Origin: Pseudomonadota bacterium
GTDB taxonomy: Bacteria > Pseudomonadota > Gammaproteobacteria > Burkholderiales > Rhodocyclaceae
Reading direction: 5' to 3'
NCBI GenBank assembly: GCA_018241685.1
Contig: JAFEDJ010000019.1
Location: 1,265 to 65,264, forward strand
Length of the DNA stretch: 64,000 bases
Below the pieces are notes generated by a model. That model ran no database searches. It saw nothing but the letters and a program-made list of their open reading frames with translations, and was not told the origin of the DNA. Shown one piece after another: positions 50,967 to 62,331 of the stretch (position 1 is its first letter; each line of letters starts with the position of its first letter). The position numbers and the translations under genes are program-made.

Positions 50967-51502
50967 GGCCGGTGTGCCCGCCGCTTGTGCCACTGGTGGA
51001 TCAGGTAGGTCCGCCAGGCAAGACGAGTCAGCAGGTAGCCCGAAAAGGCCAGCACGAAGGCCAGTACGATGAGTCCGATCGCCAGCGGACGGCCAAGGCC
51101 GATGAGCCAGTGGGTCAGATCGATCATCCAGGCGATCAGGCCGGCTGAGCCCCATTCTGGCGGCTGGGTGAATTGGCCCACTCCAGGGCCAAGAACCCAT
51201 TCACCGATCGAGAACGCGGCAATGTAGATCGGGACGATGGTGAAGGGGTTGGTGTACAGCGTGGTGAACAGGGCAAGGGGCAGGTTGACCCTGAACAGCA
51301 GGCAGCAGATCGCTGCGCCGAGCATCTGGAACGGCCCCGGGATCAGGCCGCAGAACAGCCCGACGGCAATTGCGCCGGCCGCCGAGTGACGGTTGAGGTG
51401 CCACAAGCGTGGGTGGAACAGGGTCGAGCCAAAGGGGGCAAGCCAGCGGTTGGCGGCCAGCGACGCGTGGTCCGGCAGATGGCGCTTCAGCAGTCGTCGC
51501 AT
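50963..51502 (-). CDS. DUF2062 membrane protein
   Basis: LWHLNR.S.AG..A.GLF....P.P.QM, VNLP, NPFT. Confidence 0.88.
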   Translation of the reverse strand: MRRLLKRHLPDHASLAANRWLAPFGSTLFHPRLWHLNRHSAAGAIAVGLFCGLIPGPFQMLGAAICCLLFRVNLPLALFTTLYTNPFTIVPIYIAAFSIGEWVLGPGVGQFTQPPEWGSAGLIAWMIDLTHWLIGLGRPLAIGLIVLAFVLAFSGYLLTRLAWRTYLIHQWHKRRAHRP

Positions 51503-51605
51503 TTTCTTGTTATTCGTCTCGGGCCGGGCCCTTCTCCTCAGGACTGAATTCTAGCTGACGTCAGCCCCCTTGGTGTTTGCTCCGCTTCTCGCTAAATTGC
51601 GGCTC

Positions 51606-53948
51606 ATGCGGATTATGTCTATTGGATTTTTTGCGGGAATTCTCGGTTGCCAGATGGCAGCCGTGCTGCCGTCGTCGGAGGGTGTCCAGGGGCTTCTCCT
51701 CGGTGCGGCCGCCGGTTTTCTCCTCGCTGCGGTCGTCGCGTGGTTGCGAATGCCGGCGGTCGCCAAAGCGCTACTGTTGCTGGCGACCGTTCTGGCCGGA
51801 TGGGGCTTTGCGGCCTGGCGTGCAGAACTGCGCCTGGCCGACTCCCTGCCGATGGCGCTCGAAGGGCAGGACGTGACGGTGACGGGGGTGGTCGCCGGCC
51901 TGCCGCAGGACTTCGAGCGGGGGCTGCGCTTCACGTTTCGTGTCGAGAGTGGCGTGGAGGGTGTGCCGGAAATGCTGTCGCTGGCCTGGTACAAGGGCTT
52001 TCGTGACGACGAATGGCACACGCTGCCGGCCCTTCACGCCGGCGAGCGATGGCGGCTGACCGTCCGTCTCAAGCGCCCCCACGGCAACGTCAACCCCCAC
52101 GGTTTCGATTACGAAGGCTGGTTGCTGGAGCAGGGGATCCGGGCCACCGGCTATGTGCGCCCGGATAGGGCGAATCTACGTTTGGATGCCTTCGTGCCGG
52201 GGATCATGAACCTCGTCGAGCGCTCTCGGGAGCACATCCGGGCGCGTTTCCAGGAGGCCTTGCCCGACGCTGAGTACAGGGGCGTGCTGCTCGCGCTGGC
52301 GATCGGTGATCAGCGGGCGATCAGTCAGGAGCAATGGCAGATCTTTGCCCGCACGGGGATAGCGCACCTGGTGGCCATCAGCGGTGCCCACGTCACGATG
52401 CTGGCGGCCTTGGTGGCCGGGGCATTGGGGTGGGCCTGGCGGCGCTGCCCGTGGCTGGCATTGCGCTGGCCGGCCCAGCAGGCCGCGGTGCTGGCCGGTT
52501 TTTTGGCGGCCTTTGGGTATTGTCTGCTGGCCGGTTGGGGCGTACCGGCCCAGCGTACGCTGTACATGCTCGGCTGCGTTGCGCTGGCCCTGTTGCTGCG
52601 TCGGGAGACCGAGCCGAGCCGAGTGCTGGCTTTCGCGTTGCTGGTCGTCCTGCTCATCGATCCCTGGGCGATTCTGGCGGCGGGCTTCTGGCTGTCCTTC
52701 GGCGCGGTGGCCCTGCTGTTGCTGGTCGGCAGCGGGCGTCTGCGTACCGCCGGTTGGCTGCACGAGGGGCTGCGCGCCCAGTGGGCGGTGACGCTGGGGT
52801 TGGTCCCGGCTTTGCTGGTGTTGTTCCAGCAGTTCTCGTTGGTATCACCGCTGGCGAACGGCATTGCCATTCCGCTGATCAGTTTCATCGTCACACCGCT
52901 GGCCATTGCCTATGCACTTGTGCCGCTGCAGATGTTCGCTGACTTGGCGCACATGGCGCTGGCGGCGACGATGGTGCCGATCGAGTGGCTGGCGGAATTT
53001 CCGATGGCCCGGTGGCAACAGGCAGCTCCACCCCCGGAGTTGGCCGTTCTCGCCACTCTGGGTTGCCTGTGGGCGCTGCTGCCGCGAGGAACGCCCGTGC
53101 GTTGGCTGGGTCTGGCGATGTTGGTGCCCATGGTGATGTGGACACCACCGCGGCCACCGCCGGGCGAGGCCTGGGTTGCCGTGCTGGACGTGGGGCAGGG
53201 CCTGGCGGTGCATGTGCAGACGGCCAACAGCGACCTGATCTATGACACCGGCCCGGCTTTTTCCGCAGATGCGAACAGCGGGGAGCGGATCCTGTTGCCC
53301 TATCTGCGCGCAATGGGCGTGCGCCGGCTCGATACGTTGGTGGTGACGCATCAGGACAACGACCATGCCGGCGGCGCGGAGGCCGTGCTGGCGGGTATCC
53401 CGGTCGGAGCGGTGCTGTTCTCCCTACCGGAGAATCACCCCGTACGCCTGATCGCCGACCACAGGGGCCGCGCCTGCGCGGCGGGGCAGGGATGGGAGCA
53501 GGATGGCGTGCGCTTCTCGGTGCTGCATCCCGTTGGCGGTAGTGTCCCGCGGAAGAGCAATGACGCGTCCTGCGTGCTGCAGGTGGAGGCGGGGGGACGC
53601 CGAGTGCTGCTGAGCTCCGACATCGAGGCAGTCTCCGAAGCTGGGTTGCTCGGACGCAACCCAGCCGCGCTGGCCAGCGATGTGGTGGTGGCGCCCCATC
53701 ATGGAAGCCGGACTTCCTCCACGCCGGCCTTCATCGCAGCCACTTCCCCGCATTGGGTGATCTTCCCGGTGGGCTATCGCAACCGCTTCCGCCATCCGAA
53801 TCCCGAAGTCTGGGCGCGCTGGGCAGCCAGCGGCGCCCGCCTGTTGCGGACGGATGCCAGCGGCGCCGTCCGGATCCGGCTGGGGGCCGGAGAGGTGCAG
53901 GTGGACGCGGCCCGTGAGGCCTTTCCACGCTATTGGCACGGGCGATGA
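51606..53948 (+). CDS. comEC: Competence protein ComEC/Rec2
   Basis: PHG..NP.GFDYE, G..HL.AISG.H, LSF.AV, LDVGQG, TH.DNDH.GG, PHHGS. Confidence 0.95.
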   Translation: MRIMSIGFFAGILGCQMAAVLPSSEGVQGLLLGAAAGFLLAAVVAWLRMPAVAKALLLLATVLAGWGFAAWRAELRLADSLPMALEGQDVTVTGVVAGLPQDFERGLRFTFRVESGVEGVPEMLSLAWYKGFRDDEWHTLPALHAGERWRLTVRLKRPHGNVNPHGFDYEGWLLEQGIRATGYVRPDRANLRLDAFVPGIMNLVERSREHIRARFQEALPDAEYRGVLLALAIGDQRAISQEQWQIFARTGIAHLVAISGAHVTMLAALVAGALGWAWRRCPWLALRWPAQQAAVLAGFLAAFGYCLLAGWGVPAQRTLYMLGCVALALLLRRETEPSRVLAFALLVVLLIDPWAILAAGFWLSFGAVALLLLVGSGRLRTAGWLHEGLRAQWAVTLGLVPALLVLFQQFSLVSPLANGIAIPLISFIVTPLAIAYALVPLQMFADLAHMALAATMVPIEWLAEFPMARWQQAAPPPELAVLATLGCLWALLPRGTPVRWLGLAMLVPMVMWTPPRPPPGEAWVAVLDVGQGLAVHVQTANSDLIYDTGPAFSADANSGERILLPYLRAMGVRRLDTLVVTHQDNDHAGGAEAVLAGIPVGAVLFSLPENHPVRLIADHRGRACAAGQGWEQDGVRFSVLHPVGGSVPRKSNDASCVLQVEAGGRRVLLSSDIEAVSEAGLLGRNPAALASDVVVAPHHGSRTSSTPAFIAATSPHWVIFPVGYRNRFRHPNPEVWARWAASGARLLRTDASGAVRIRLGAGEVQVDAAREAFPRYWHGR

Positions 53949-54013
53949 GGGTCGATGGCCGATGGTGAATGTTATCCTTGGGCCATCAGTCAGTGAGCGA
54001 AGCGGGTTTTACC

Positions 54014-54943
54014 ATGAGCATTTTCGAGCCTTATCGCCGCCTGCTTGCCCCCTTGCAGGTCGTACCTTCCGATTCCGCCACCACGCTCTCCCTCGAGCCC
54101 CGGCTCCGCAGCGTGCAGTGCGCCTCGCCCCATGGGCTGCACCGGATGGCCTATACCGAATGGGGCGATCCGGACAATCCCCGTGTGGTGTTGTGCGTGC
54201 ATGGCCTGACCCGTAATGGACGCGATTTCGATGATCTGGCCCGTGCATTGGCCGCCCACTATCGGGTAGTGTGTCCGGACGTGGTCGGGCGCGGGCAGAG
54301 CAGTTGGTTGCCGGTGAAGGCCGATTACCAGTTGCCGACCTATGTGGCGGACATGGTGACGCTGGTCGCCCGCCTCGACGTCGAGACCGTGCATTGGGTC
54401 GGGACGTCCATGGGGGGGCTGATTGGCATGGTGCTGGCCAGTCTGCCGGATAATCCGATCCGACGCTTGGTGCTGAATGATGTGGGGCCGGTTCTGCCCG
54501 CGGAGTCCCTGCTCCGCATCGGGCAATATGTGGGGCAGGCACCGGTCTTCCCCAGCTACGAGACAGCCGAGGCCTACGTGCGGGCGGTCAGTGCGCCCTT
54601 CGGACACCTCAGCGACGCTCAGTGGCGTCATCTGACCGAACCGTCCGTCAAACAGGTGGATGGGGGCTGGGCGATGCGTTACGACCCGGCGATCGGAGAT
54701 GCTTTCCGCGACCCGCAGATGGCGGATGTGAATCTGTGGCCGATCTATGAAGCCATCGGCTGCCCCACGCTGGTCCTGCGCGGGGCGGATTCCGACCTGT
54801 TGTTGCCGGATACTGCACGCCAGATGGGCGTACGGGGCCCGCGGGCGCGGGTTGTCGAGATTCCGGATGTGGGCCATGCGCCGACCCTGATGGATCCGGC
54901 CCAGATCGCGCCGATCCGTGACTTCCTGCTGGAGGCGTGTTGA
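54014..54943 (+). CDS. Alpha/beta hydrolase
   Basis: CVHGLTRN.RDFD, GTSMGG nucleophile elbow, GHAP. Confidence 0.92.
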   Translation: MSIFEPYRRLLAPLQVVPSDSATTLSLEPRLRSVQCASPHGLHRMAYTEWGDPDNPRVVLCVHGLTRNGRDFDDLARALAAHYRVVCPDVVGRGQSSWLPVKADYQLPTYVADMVTLVARLDVETVHWVGTSMGGLIGMVLASLPDNPIRRLVLNDVGPVLPAESLLRIGQYVGQAPVFPSYETAEAYVRAVSAPFGHLSDAQWRHLTEPSVKQVDGGWAMRYDPAIGDAFRDPQMADVNLWPIYEAIGCPTLVLRGADSDLLLPDTARQMGVRGPRARVVEIPDVGHAPTLMDPAQIAPIRDFLLEAC

Positions 54944-55629
54944 TGCAGGGCGCGTGGTTGACGGCCTTCAGCGTCGTGGATTGGATCGCGGTGAGCTGGT
55001 TCATCTTCTGCTGGACCGGTTACGGCTGGCTCGTCGAGCACGGCCCTGGCGGCACGATGCGCGGCCTGATGGGGGCCAGCCACGCCTTCCGTCTGGAATG
55101 GGGCCGGCAGATGTTGCGCCGCGAGGTGCGTGTGGCGGACTCCGGGCTGGTCGGCAACCTGATGCAGAACGTGTCCTTCTACGCCAACACCACGATCTAC
55201 GTGATCGCCGGATTGCTGGCGCTGCTCGGCACGATGGACAAGCTGATCGATGCTGCGTCCGACCTGCCGTTTGCCCGGCATGTGTCGCGGGAGGTGTGGG
55301 AGGTCAAGCTATTGCTGCTGCTGATGGTCTTCGTGGTGGCCTACTTCAAGTTCACCTGGTCGCTGCGGCAGTTCAACATGCTGTCCATCCTGATCGGTGC
55401 GGCGCCGCCGCCGGGGGAGGGCACGGAAGAGGACGTGCAGCGCTTCGCCAAGGTGAACTCCCTGGCGGGGGATGAGTTCAACCGCGGCATCCGGGCCTAT
55501 TACTTCGGCCTGGCCGCGGTGTTCTGGTTCGTACACCCATGGCTGTTCTTCGCGGTGACGAGCTTCATCGTGCTGGTCTTGTACCGGCGCGATTTCCTGT
55601 CCCACACCTACTCGGCGATGCGTGCCTGA
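54943..55629 (+). CDS. DUF599 membrane protein
   Basis: R..W...M..R..R..D, F.WSLRQFN, FN.G.RAYYF. Confidence 0.9.
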   Translation: MQGAWLTAFSVVDWIAVSWFIFCWTGYGWLVEHGPGGTMRGLMGASHAFRLEWGRQMLRREVRVADSGLVGNLMQNVSFYANTTIYVIAGLLALLGTMDKLIDAASDLPFARHVSREVWEVKLLLLLMVFVVAYFKFTWSLRQFNMLSILIGAAPPPGEGTEEDVQRFAKVNSLAGDEFNRGIRAYYFGLAAVFWFVHPWLFFAVTSFIVLVLYRRDFLSHTYSAMRA

Positions 55630-56028
55630 TCAGCTGTCCTGCTCGAGCTTTACCGAGACGGAGTTGATGCAGTAGCGCAGCCCGGTGGGGGCCGGGCCAT
55701 CTTCGAATACATGCCCGAGGTGCGCCCCGCAGTTGTGGCACAACACTTCGGTGCGCAGCATGAAGTGGCTGCGGTCCTCGGCCTCTTCGACGTTCTCCGG
55801 GGCTGCCGCGGTATGGAAGCTCGGCCAGCCGCAGCCGGAGTCGTACTTGTGCTCGGACGAGAACAGGTCGGCGCCGCAGCAGGTGCACACGTACTTGCCC
55901 TGTTCGTGGCAGTCCCAGTAACGGCCTGTAAAGGCGCGCTCGGTGCCCTTCTGGCGAGTGACGACGTATTCCTCGGGGGACAACTGGGCGCGCCATTCGG
56001 CGTCGGTCTTTTCGATCTTGTGGCTCAT
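55630..56028 (-). CDS. msrB: Peptide-methionine (R)-S-oxide reductase
   Basis: [30 protein letters not shown]. Confidence 0.96.
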   Translation of the reverse strand: MSHKIEKTDAEWRAQLSPEEYVVTRQKGTERAFTGRYWDCHEQGKYVCTCCGADLFSSEHKYDSGCGWPSFHTAAAPENVEEAEDRSHFMLRTEVLCHNCGAHLGHVFEDGPAPTGLRYCINSVSVKLEQDS

Positions 56029-56100
56029 GGATGTCTCCGGTGGGGGATGCCGGATGGAGCGTCCGACGAGCGGGAAGGTTCCCACCCGTCGGGTGGGCGG

Positions 56101-57270
56101 TCAGTGCAGGTGCTTGGGCATCTGCTCGGCCTGCTCCTCTGGCAGTTCGGCATGTACGGCTTCGCCTTCGGGCGAGGGGTACATGGGGGCGCCGCAGTCG
56201 TCGCAGTATTCCATCGGGAACTCGTTGTCGAGGGTCAGGATGTCGGTGATGCCGCAGGCACGCAGTGTGGCCTCGATCTGGCCCAGGGTTTCGACGCTCT
56301 CGTCCTCGGCGCCGAGAAGTGGCCACACCACGCCGTGCACCACGTCGTTTTGCCCGCGCAGGGTGAAGCCGATGCGGAACTCCTCCACCTGGCGCTCGAA
56401 GAAGGGCGCTACGACAGCACGCAGACTGGCGGCCGGCGCGTCCATCGTAGTGCTGAGAAAGGCGACCGAAGCCTGGATGGAGTAGGGGCGGGACATCTTG
56501 TCCGCCTCGCGGCTGGCGGCGAAGTAGGCGTCCGGCAGGACGACTTCGAAGGCGCAGCCGGTGAGCAGCGGGGTGATGCAGGCGCCGCCCTGGGCGCGCC
56601 ACTGTTCCAGGGCCTGGTCGCGGGTGCAGTCCTCTTCCTGCCAGCGGAAGATCGGGGCGCCCTTCGGGACGATGACCGCGCCGAGTATGTAGCGATTGTC
56701 GGACAGGAACTGGGCGGTTTCCGGCAGGTTGTCGGTCTTGATGTGCAGGTCGCTGTCGTTCTCAGCGGCCCGGCCGATATGGGTGGCCAGATCGGCGGTG
56801 GCGCAGTAGCCCTGCGGCAGCTGGTCGGGGCTGAACAGGAAGTCGGCGAGGGCCAGCTTGACGCCGTTGGCCAGCACGTGGGCCTTGAGCTGTACGCGCA
56901 GGTTGGCCATCACGGCGGCTGCGATCGGCGCTGCCGGAATACGGTAGCGGGACCAGGCCATCACCGGCACGGCGATCAGCAGCACGTCCTGCTGGTCGTC
57001 GGACTTGAGGGCGCCTTCGGCCCGCGACTCGATCATGTCGGCGAGTTCGTCGTAGGCATGGACGCTGGCCGTGCTGAGGTGGTCGAGGGCCGTCGTCAGG
57101 GTGTCCTCGTCTTCGGCGCTCAAAAAATGATCCACCGCGGCGGCCAGGCGCAGGTCCCAGAAGTGGTCTTCGGCGCGGCTGCTCGAATCGGCAAGACCGT
57201 TGGCGAGCCACAGCAATTGTTCGGCGTCCCGCGGCAGTCCGCCGCGACGCCCGAGTCGATTACGTTTCAT
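56101..57270 (-). CDS. DUF2863 family protein
   Basis: SSSR.ED.FW, LP.AY..A.R, HGVVWPL, C.DCGAP.YP. Confidence 0.85.
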   Translation of the reverse strand: MKRNRLGRRGGLPRDAEQLLWLANGLADSSSRAEDHFWDLRLAAAVDHFLSAEDEDTLTTALDHLSTASVHAYDELADMIESRAEGALKSDDQQDVLLIAVPVMAWSRYRIPAAPIAAAVMANLRVQLKAHVLANGVKLALADFLFSPDQLPQGYCATADLATHIGRAAENDSDLHIKTDNLPETAQFLSDNRYILGAVIVPKGAPIFRWQEEDCTRDQALEQWRAQGGACITPLLTGCAFEVVLPDAYFAASREADKMSRPYSIQASVAFLSTTMDAPAASLRAVVAPFFERQVEEFRIGFTLRGQNDVVHGVVWPLLGAEDESVETLGQIEATLRACGITDILTLDNEFPMEYCDDCGAPMYPSPEGEAVHAELPEEQAEQMPKHLH

Positions 57271-57329
57271 CGGGGGCTCTCCGTGTAGTTATGGATTGGA
57301 CAGTGGACGTCCGTTGGGGATTCCCGGTC

Positions 57330-58154
57330 TCAATAGGTGAGGGGATCGATGCGCACTTCCTGCAGGATGATGGTGGAGATTTCTTCGATGGACTTGGTGG
57401 TCGAGTCGAGCCACTTGATGCCTTCGCGCTTCATCATGCGCTGGGCTGCTTCGATTTCCGCCAGACAGTTGTCGATCGATGCGTAGCGGCTGTTGGGGCG
57501 GCGCTCCTGGCGGATCTGGGACAGGCGATCCGGGCCGATGGTGAGGCCGAACAGCTTGTGGCGGAAGCGGGAAAGCTCGCCGGGCAGCTTGTTGCGTTCG
57601 AAATCTTCGGGAATCAGCGGATAGTTGGCCGCCTTGATGCCGAACTGCATCGCGAGGTAAAGGCTGGTCGGCGTCTTGCCGGAGCGGGAGACGCCAACGA
57701 GGATCACATCGGCCTCGGCGAGGTCCGTATTGGAGACGCCGTCGTCGTGGGCCAGCGTGAAGTTGATGGCCTCGATGCGTTTCTTGTAGTCCTGGCTGTC
57801 GGCAATGCCATGGAAGCGCCCGGCCGCGTGGGTGGAGCGCTGTCCGAGTTCGTTCTCGAGAGGCTCGATGAACTTCTCGAACAGGTCGAGGAACAGCGCG
57901 TCGGCTTCGCGCAGCGCGGCAACGGCTTCCGGATCCACCAGCGTGTTGAAGACAATGGGCCGCAGGCCGCTCTCGATGGCCGCATCCCGAATCTTGAGTG
58001 CGCAGTCGCGGGCCTTCTCCGGGGAGTCGATGAAGGGCATGCGGTGATTACGGAAACGGGATTCCGGAAACTGCGCGAGAAGACTGTGGCCAAGGGTCTC
58101 GGCCGTGATGCCTGTTCCGTCGGAAATGAAGAATACGGGGCGGGTCTGAGTCAT
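57330..58154 (-). CDS. ppsR: PEP synthase regulatory kinase/pyrophosphorylase
   Basis: [28 protein letters not shown]; divergent from ppsA. Confidence 0.95.
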   Translation of the reverse strand: MTQTRPVFFISDGTGITAETLGHSLLAQFPESRFRNHRMPFIDSPEKARDCALKIRDAAIESGLRPIVFNTLVDPEAVAALREADALFLDLFEKFIEPLENELGQRSTHAAGRFHGIADSQDYKKRIEAINFTLAHDDGVSNTDLAEADVILVGVSRSGKTPTSLYLAMQFGIKAANYPLIPEDFERNKLPGELSRFRHKLFGLTIGPDRLSQIRQERRPNSRYASIDNCLAEIEAAQRMMKREGIKWLDSTTKSIEEISTIILQEVRIDPLTY

Positions 58155-58421
58155 GAACGTGCCAACAGGGAAAAGGACATGTTTGTCGGCCGGGAGGCCG
58201 AGGGCAGGTCTGCATCTTATCCCATTCTGACCGTTGGGCTCCGTTTGAGCCCCGGATGCGCCGGCGCCCCCCGATTGCCCTGATATGCATTCCGCCTGAA
58301 GTGGGCATGGTTAGGATAAACCCTGCATGCGGCAGGGCAACAAAACGACTTACAATACGGCCTGACGACGTGAGTCGCCCAGATTTACTTTCTTCATTAC
58401 CTCCCCAGGATGAGTCCTTTT

Positions 58422-60788
58422 ATGGCCCGTAACGTCATTCCTTTCCAAGAGCTGCGCATGTCCGATGTCGAGCAGGTCGGCGGCAAGAACGCCTCCCTCG
58501 GCGAAATGATCAGCCAGCTGCCGTCCAGCGTACGCGTTCCCGGTGGCTTTGCCACCACGGCAGCCGCCTACCGCGAGTTCCTGTCCCATCAGGGCCTGGC
58601 GGAGCGCATCAGCGGCGCACTCGAAAGCCTGGACGTGGATGACGTGGTTGCTCTGGCAAAGACCGGCGCCCAGATCCGCGAGTGGATCGTCGATACCCCG
58701 TTCCCGCCGGCCCTCGAGGCCGAGATCAAGGCCGCCTACGAGCAGCTCACCGCTGAAGGCGACGGCAGCTTCGCTGTGCGTTCCTCCGCGACCGCCGAAG
58801 ATTTGCCCGATGCGTCTTTCGCCGGCCAGCAGGAATCCTTCCTGAACATCCACGGCTACGAAAACATCCTGCACGCCATCAAGGAAGTGTTCGCGTCGCT
58901 CTATAACGACCGCGCCATCGCCTACCGCGTGCACAAGGGCTTCACCCACGCTGAAGTCGCGCTGTCTGCTGGCGTGCAGCGTATGGTGCGCTCCGACATC
59001 GGTGCTTCCGGCGTGATGTTCACGATGGATACCGAGTCCGGCTTCGACGGCGTGGTGTTCATCACCGCCTCCTACGGCCTCGGCGAAACCGTCGTGCAAG
59101 GTGCCGTGAATCCGGACGAGTTCTACGTTCACAAGGCCACCCTGGCTGAAGGCAAGCCGGCGATCATCCGCCGCAACCTGGGCTCCAAGCTGATCAAGAT
59201 GGTCTTCGCCGACAAGAAGGAAGCCGGCAAGTCCACCCGCACCATCGACGTTGCCGAAGCCGAGCGCAATGTTTACTCGCTGACCGACGAAGACGTGCTG
59301 GAACTTGGCCGCTACGCGTCCATCATCGAAAAGCACTACGGTCGTCCGATGGACATCGAGTGGGGCAAGAGCGGTGACGACGGCAAGCTGTACATCCTGC
59401 AGGCTCGTCCGGAAACCGTTAAGAGCCAGCAGTCCGGCCACGTGATGGAAAAGTATCGCCTCAAGCAATACAGCAAGTCCATCACCCATGGTCGCGCCAT
59501 CGGCCAAAAGATCGGTGCCGGCCACGTCCGCATCGTCAAGGACGCCTCCGAGATGGATCGTGTGAAGGCTGGCGACATCCTCGTCACCGACATGACCGAT
59601 CCGAACTGGGAGCCGGTGATGAAGCGCGCTTCCGCCATCGTGACCAACCGCGGCGGCCGTACCTGTCACGCGGCGATCATCGCCCGTGAGCTGGGCATCC
59701 CGGCCATCGTTGGTTGCGGCAACGCCACCGAAGTGCTGGAAGAGAACGACGAAGTCACCGTGTCCTGCGCCGAAGGCGATACTGGCTATGTGTACCGCGG
59801 CAAGCTGGACTTCGAAGTGGTCACCACCGACATGGGCAACCTGCCCGACATCCCGGTAAAGATCATGATGAACGTCGGCAACCCGGAGCTGGCCTTCGAG
59901 TTCGCGCAGATCCCGAACGGCGGTGTCGGCCTGGCCCGTCTCGAGTTCGTGATCAACAACATGATCGGCATCCACCCGAAGGCGATCCTCGAGATCAACC
60001 AGGTGCCGGCCAGTCTGCGTGCCGAAATCACCCGTCGCTCCCGCGGCTATGCCACGCCGAAGCAGTTCTTCATCGAGAAGCTGGTGGAAGGCGTCGCCAC
60101 CATCGCCGCGGCCTTCTATCCGAAGCCCGTGATCGTCCGCCTGTCCGACTTCAAGTCGAACGAGTACCGCAAGCTGCTGGGCGGCGAGATCTACGAGCCG
60201 GAAGAAGAAAACCCCATGCTGGGCTTCCGTGGCGCGTCCCGCTACATCGCCCACAGCTTCCGTGACTGCTTCGAGCTCGAGTGCGCAGCGATGAAGAAGG
60301 TGCGCAACGAGCTGGGCCTGACCAACGTTCAGCTGATGGTGCCCTTCGTGCGCAATCTGGACGAAGCCAGGGGCGTCGTCGAGCTGCTGGCCGAACACGG
60401 CCTGAAGCAGGGCGAGAACGATCTCAAGCTGATCATGATGTGTGAGATCCCGTCCAACGCGCTGCTGGCTGACCAGTTCCTGGAGATCTTCGATGGTTTT
60501 TCCATCGGCTCCAACGACCTGACCCAGCTGACTCTCGGTCTGGACCGCGACTCCGGTCTGGTGGCGCACTCCTTCGACGAGCGCGATCCTGCGGTCAAGC
60601 AACTGCTCTCGATGGCCATCCAGAGCGCTAACAAGCTCGGCAAGTATGTCGGCATCTGCGGTCAGGGCCCGTCCGACCACGCCGACTTTGCGGAATGGCT
60701 GATGGACGAAGGTATCCAGACCATCTCTCTCAACCCGGATACGGTTGTGGATACGTGGCTGAAACTGGCTGCCCACCAGAAGGGCTGA
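58422..60788 (+). CDS. ppsA: Phosphoenolpyruvate synthase
   Basis: [46 protein letters not shown]. Confidence 0.97.
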   Translation: MARNVIPFQELRMSDVEQVGGKNASLGEMISQLPSSVRVPGGFATTAAAYREFLSHQGLAERISGALESLDVDDVVALAKTGAQIREWIVDTPFPPALEAEIKAAYEQLTAEGDGSFAVRSSATAEDLPDASFAGQQESFLNIHGYENILHAIKEVFASLYNDRAIAYRVHKGFTHAEVALSAGVQRMVRSDIGASGVMFTMDTESGFDGVVFITASYGLGETVVQGAVNPDEFYVHKATLAEGKPAIIRRNLGSKLIKMVFADKKEAGKSTRTIDVAEAERNVYSLTDEDVLELGRYASIIEKHYGRPMDIEWGKSGDDGKLYILQARPETVKSQQSGHVMEKYRLKQYSKSITHGRAIGQKIGAGHVRIVKDASEMDRVKAGDILVTDMTDPNWEPVMKRASAIVTNRGGRTCHAAIIARELGIPAIVGCGNATEVLEENDEVTVSCAEGDTGYVYRGKLDFEVVTTDMGNLPDIPVKIMMNVGNPELAFEFAQIPNGGVGLARLEFVINNMIGIHPKAILEINQVPASLRAEITRRSRGYATPKQFFIEKLVEGVATIAAAFYPKPVIVRLSDFKSNEYRKLLGGEIYEPEEENPMLGFRGASRYIAHSFRDCFELECAAMKKVRNELGLTNVQLMVPFVRNLDEARGVVELLAEHGLKQGENDLKLIMMCEIPSNALLADQFLEIFDGFSIGSNDLTQLTLGLDRDSGLVAHSFDERDPAVKQLLSMAIQSANKLGKYVGICGQGPSDHADFAEWLMDEGIQTISLNPDTVVDTWLKLAAHQKG

Positions 60789-60809
60789 CGTTTCGCCGTC
60801 AATGGATGG

Positions 60810-60841
60810 GCAAAAAAGCCGGGGAAACCCGGCTTTTTTGC
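60810..60841 (+). terminator. Rho-independent terminator (bidirectional type)
   Basis: GCAAAAAAGCCGGG-GAAA-CCCGGCTTTTTTGC. Confidence 0.9.
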
Positions 60842-60934
60842 GTTCGCAGCCTGCATCGTGTGGAAAGGAATGCCGAGGCTCTGATAGTGTCTTGATACGT
60901 CCGTCATCGATGGCCGGCAACGCGAGGAGGTGGC

Positions 60935-61378
60935 ATGGAATTCGAGTGGTGGCACTGGATCGTGCTGGGCATTGCATTGGTCATTGCTGAACTGGTTGTG
61001 CCGGCCTTCTTCGTCATCTGGTTCGGCCTTGGAGCGTTGCTGGTTGGGCTATCGTTGGTTCTGTGGCCCGGCCTCGGTGTAACGGTGCAGGTGTTGCTTT
61101 GGATACTGGCCTCGCTGGCGATGGTGGTGCTGTGGTTCAGGGTATTCAATCGGAGTGATTACAAAACCCGGATTGGGCAGTCGGATGGCAATGCGATTGG
61201 TGAGATTGGTCTGGTCTCCAAAGCGGCAGTTCCATTCGAGCGCGGCAGGGTTCGTTTTCAAAAGCCCTTGCTCGGTTCCGAGGAGTGGGAGTGTGTGGTC
61301 GAGGAATCCGTGGCCGTCGGGGAGCGCGTGCAGGTTGTGGCCGTGGAGGGTAGTTTCCTGAGGGTGGAGAAGCGCTGA
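60935..61378 (+). CDS. NfeD-family protein
   Basis: W.W...G..L...E, FF..WFG.GA, OB-fold tail GRV...GSEEW. Confidence 0.9.
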   Translation: MEFEWWHWIVLGIALVIAELVVPAFFVIWFGLGALLVGLSLVLWPGLGVTVQVLLWILASLAMVVLWFRVFNRSDYKTRIGQSDGNAIGEIGLVSKAAVPFERGRVRFQKPLLGSEEWECVVEESVAVGERVQVVAVEGSFLRVEKR

Positions 61379-61394
61379 GAAACGTAAGGAGGGG

Positions 61395-62258
61395 GTGATG
61401 AGCGCTGGGTTTATCGTGGTGCTGGCAATTCTGGTCTTTGTCGTGGTGACCATTGCCAAAGGGGTGCGTATCGTGCCTCAGGGCGAGGAGTGGATCGTCG
61501 AGCGCTTGGGCAGGTACTTCGGGACCTTGAAGCCGGGTCTCAACATCATCATCCCGTATCTCGATCAGGTAGCCTACAAGCTTGTGACCAAGGACATCAT
61601 TCTCGATGTCCAGGAGCAGGAGGTTATTACCCGGGACAATGCAGTAATCCTTACGAATGCGATTGCCTTCCTGAAAGTGACCGACCCGGTTAAGGCAGTC
61701 TATGGCGTTACGGATTTCTCGGAAGCCATCCGTAACATGATCATGACCACCTTGCGGTCCATCATTGGTGAGATGGAGCTTGACGAGGCGCTTTCCAGCC
61801 GCGACAAGATCAAAGCTCGCCTGCGGGAGAGCATTGCGGATGAGGCCATCGATTGGGGGTTGACGGTCAAGTCAGTTGAGATCCAGGACATCAAGCCGTC
61901 TCCGTCTATGCAGAAGGCCATGGAACAACAGGCCTCCGCCGAGCGGGAGCGCAAGGCGCTGGTCACTCGGGCCGAAGGAGCGAAGCAGGCGGCCATCCTG
62001 GAGGCAGAGGCGCGTCTAGAAGCATCCAAGCGGGATGCCAGTGCGCAGGTGATGCTTGCCGAAGCGTCGGCCGAAGCCATCCGGCGTGTAAGTGCAGCGG
62101 TTGGAACCGAGAGCGCGCCGATGCTGTTCCTGCTTGGGGAGAAATATATCGCATCGCTTGAGCGCCTGGGGGCGTCCGAGAGCGCCCGGGTCGTGGTGTT
62201 GCCTGCCGATCTGCAGGAGGCGGTACGGGGACTGATCGGTGGCGTCGCCAAGCGCTGA
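61395..62258 (+). CDS. SPFH/stomatin-like (QmcA) protein
   Basis: IVPQG..W.VERLG, Q..IT.DN, WG..V..VEI.DI. Confidence 0.93.
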   Translation: MMSAGFIVVLAILVFVVVTIAKGVRIVPQGEEWIVERLGRYFGTLKPGLNIIIPYLDQVAYKLVTKDIILDVQEQEVITRDNAVILTNAIAFLKVTDPVKAVYGVTDFSEAIRNMIMTTLRSIIGEMELDEALSSRDKIKARLRESIADEAIDWGLTVKSVEIQDIKPSPSMQKAMEQQASAERERKALVTRAEGAKQAAILEAEARLEASKRDASAQVMLAEASAEAIRRVSAAVGTESAPMLFLLGEKYIASLERLGASESARVVVLPADLQEAVRGLIGGVAKR

Positions 62259-62331
62259 AGTTCAGCTTGCCGGAGTGAGGTGCGGAATGGAGTTTCTCCG
62301 CGGGCTCTCGCCCATGTAGGATAGCCCGCCT

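Noticed and set aside
55711-57288. 525-aa plus-strand ORF
   Set aside because: It is the antisense shadow of msrB and the DUF2863 gene.
58350-60977. 875-aa minus-strand ORF
   Set aside because: It is the antisense shadow of ppsA.
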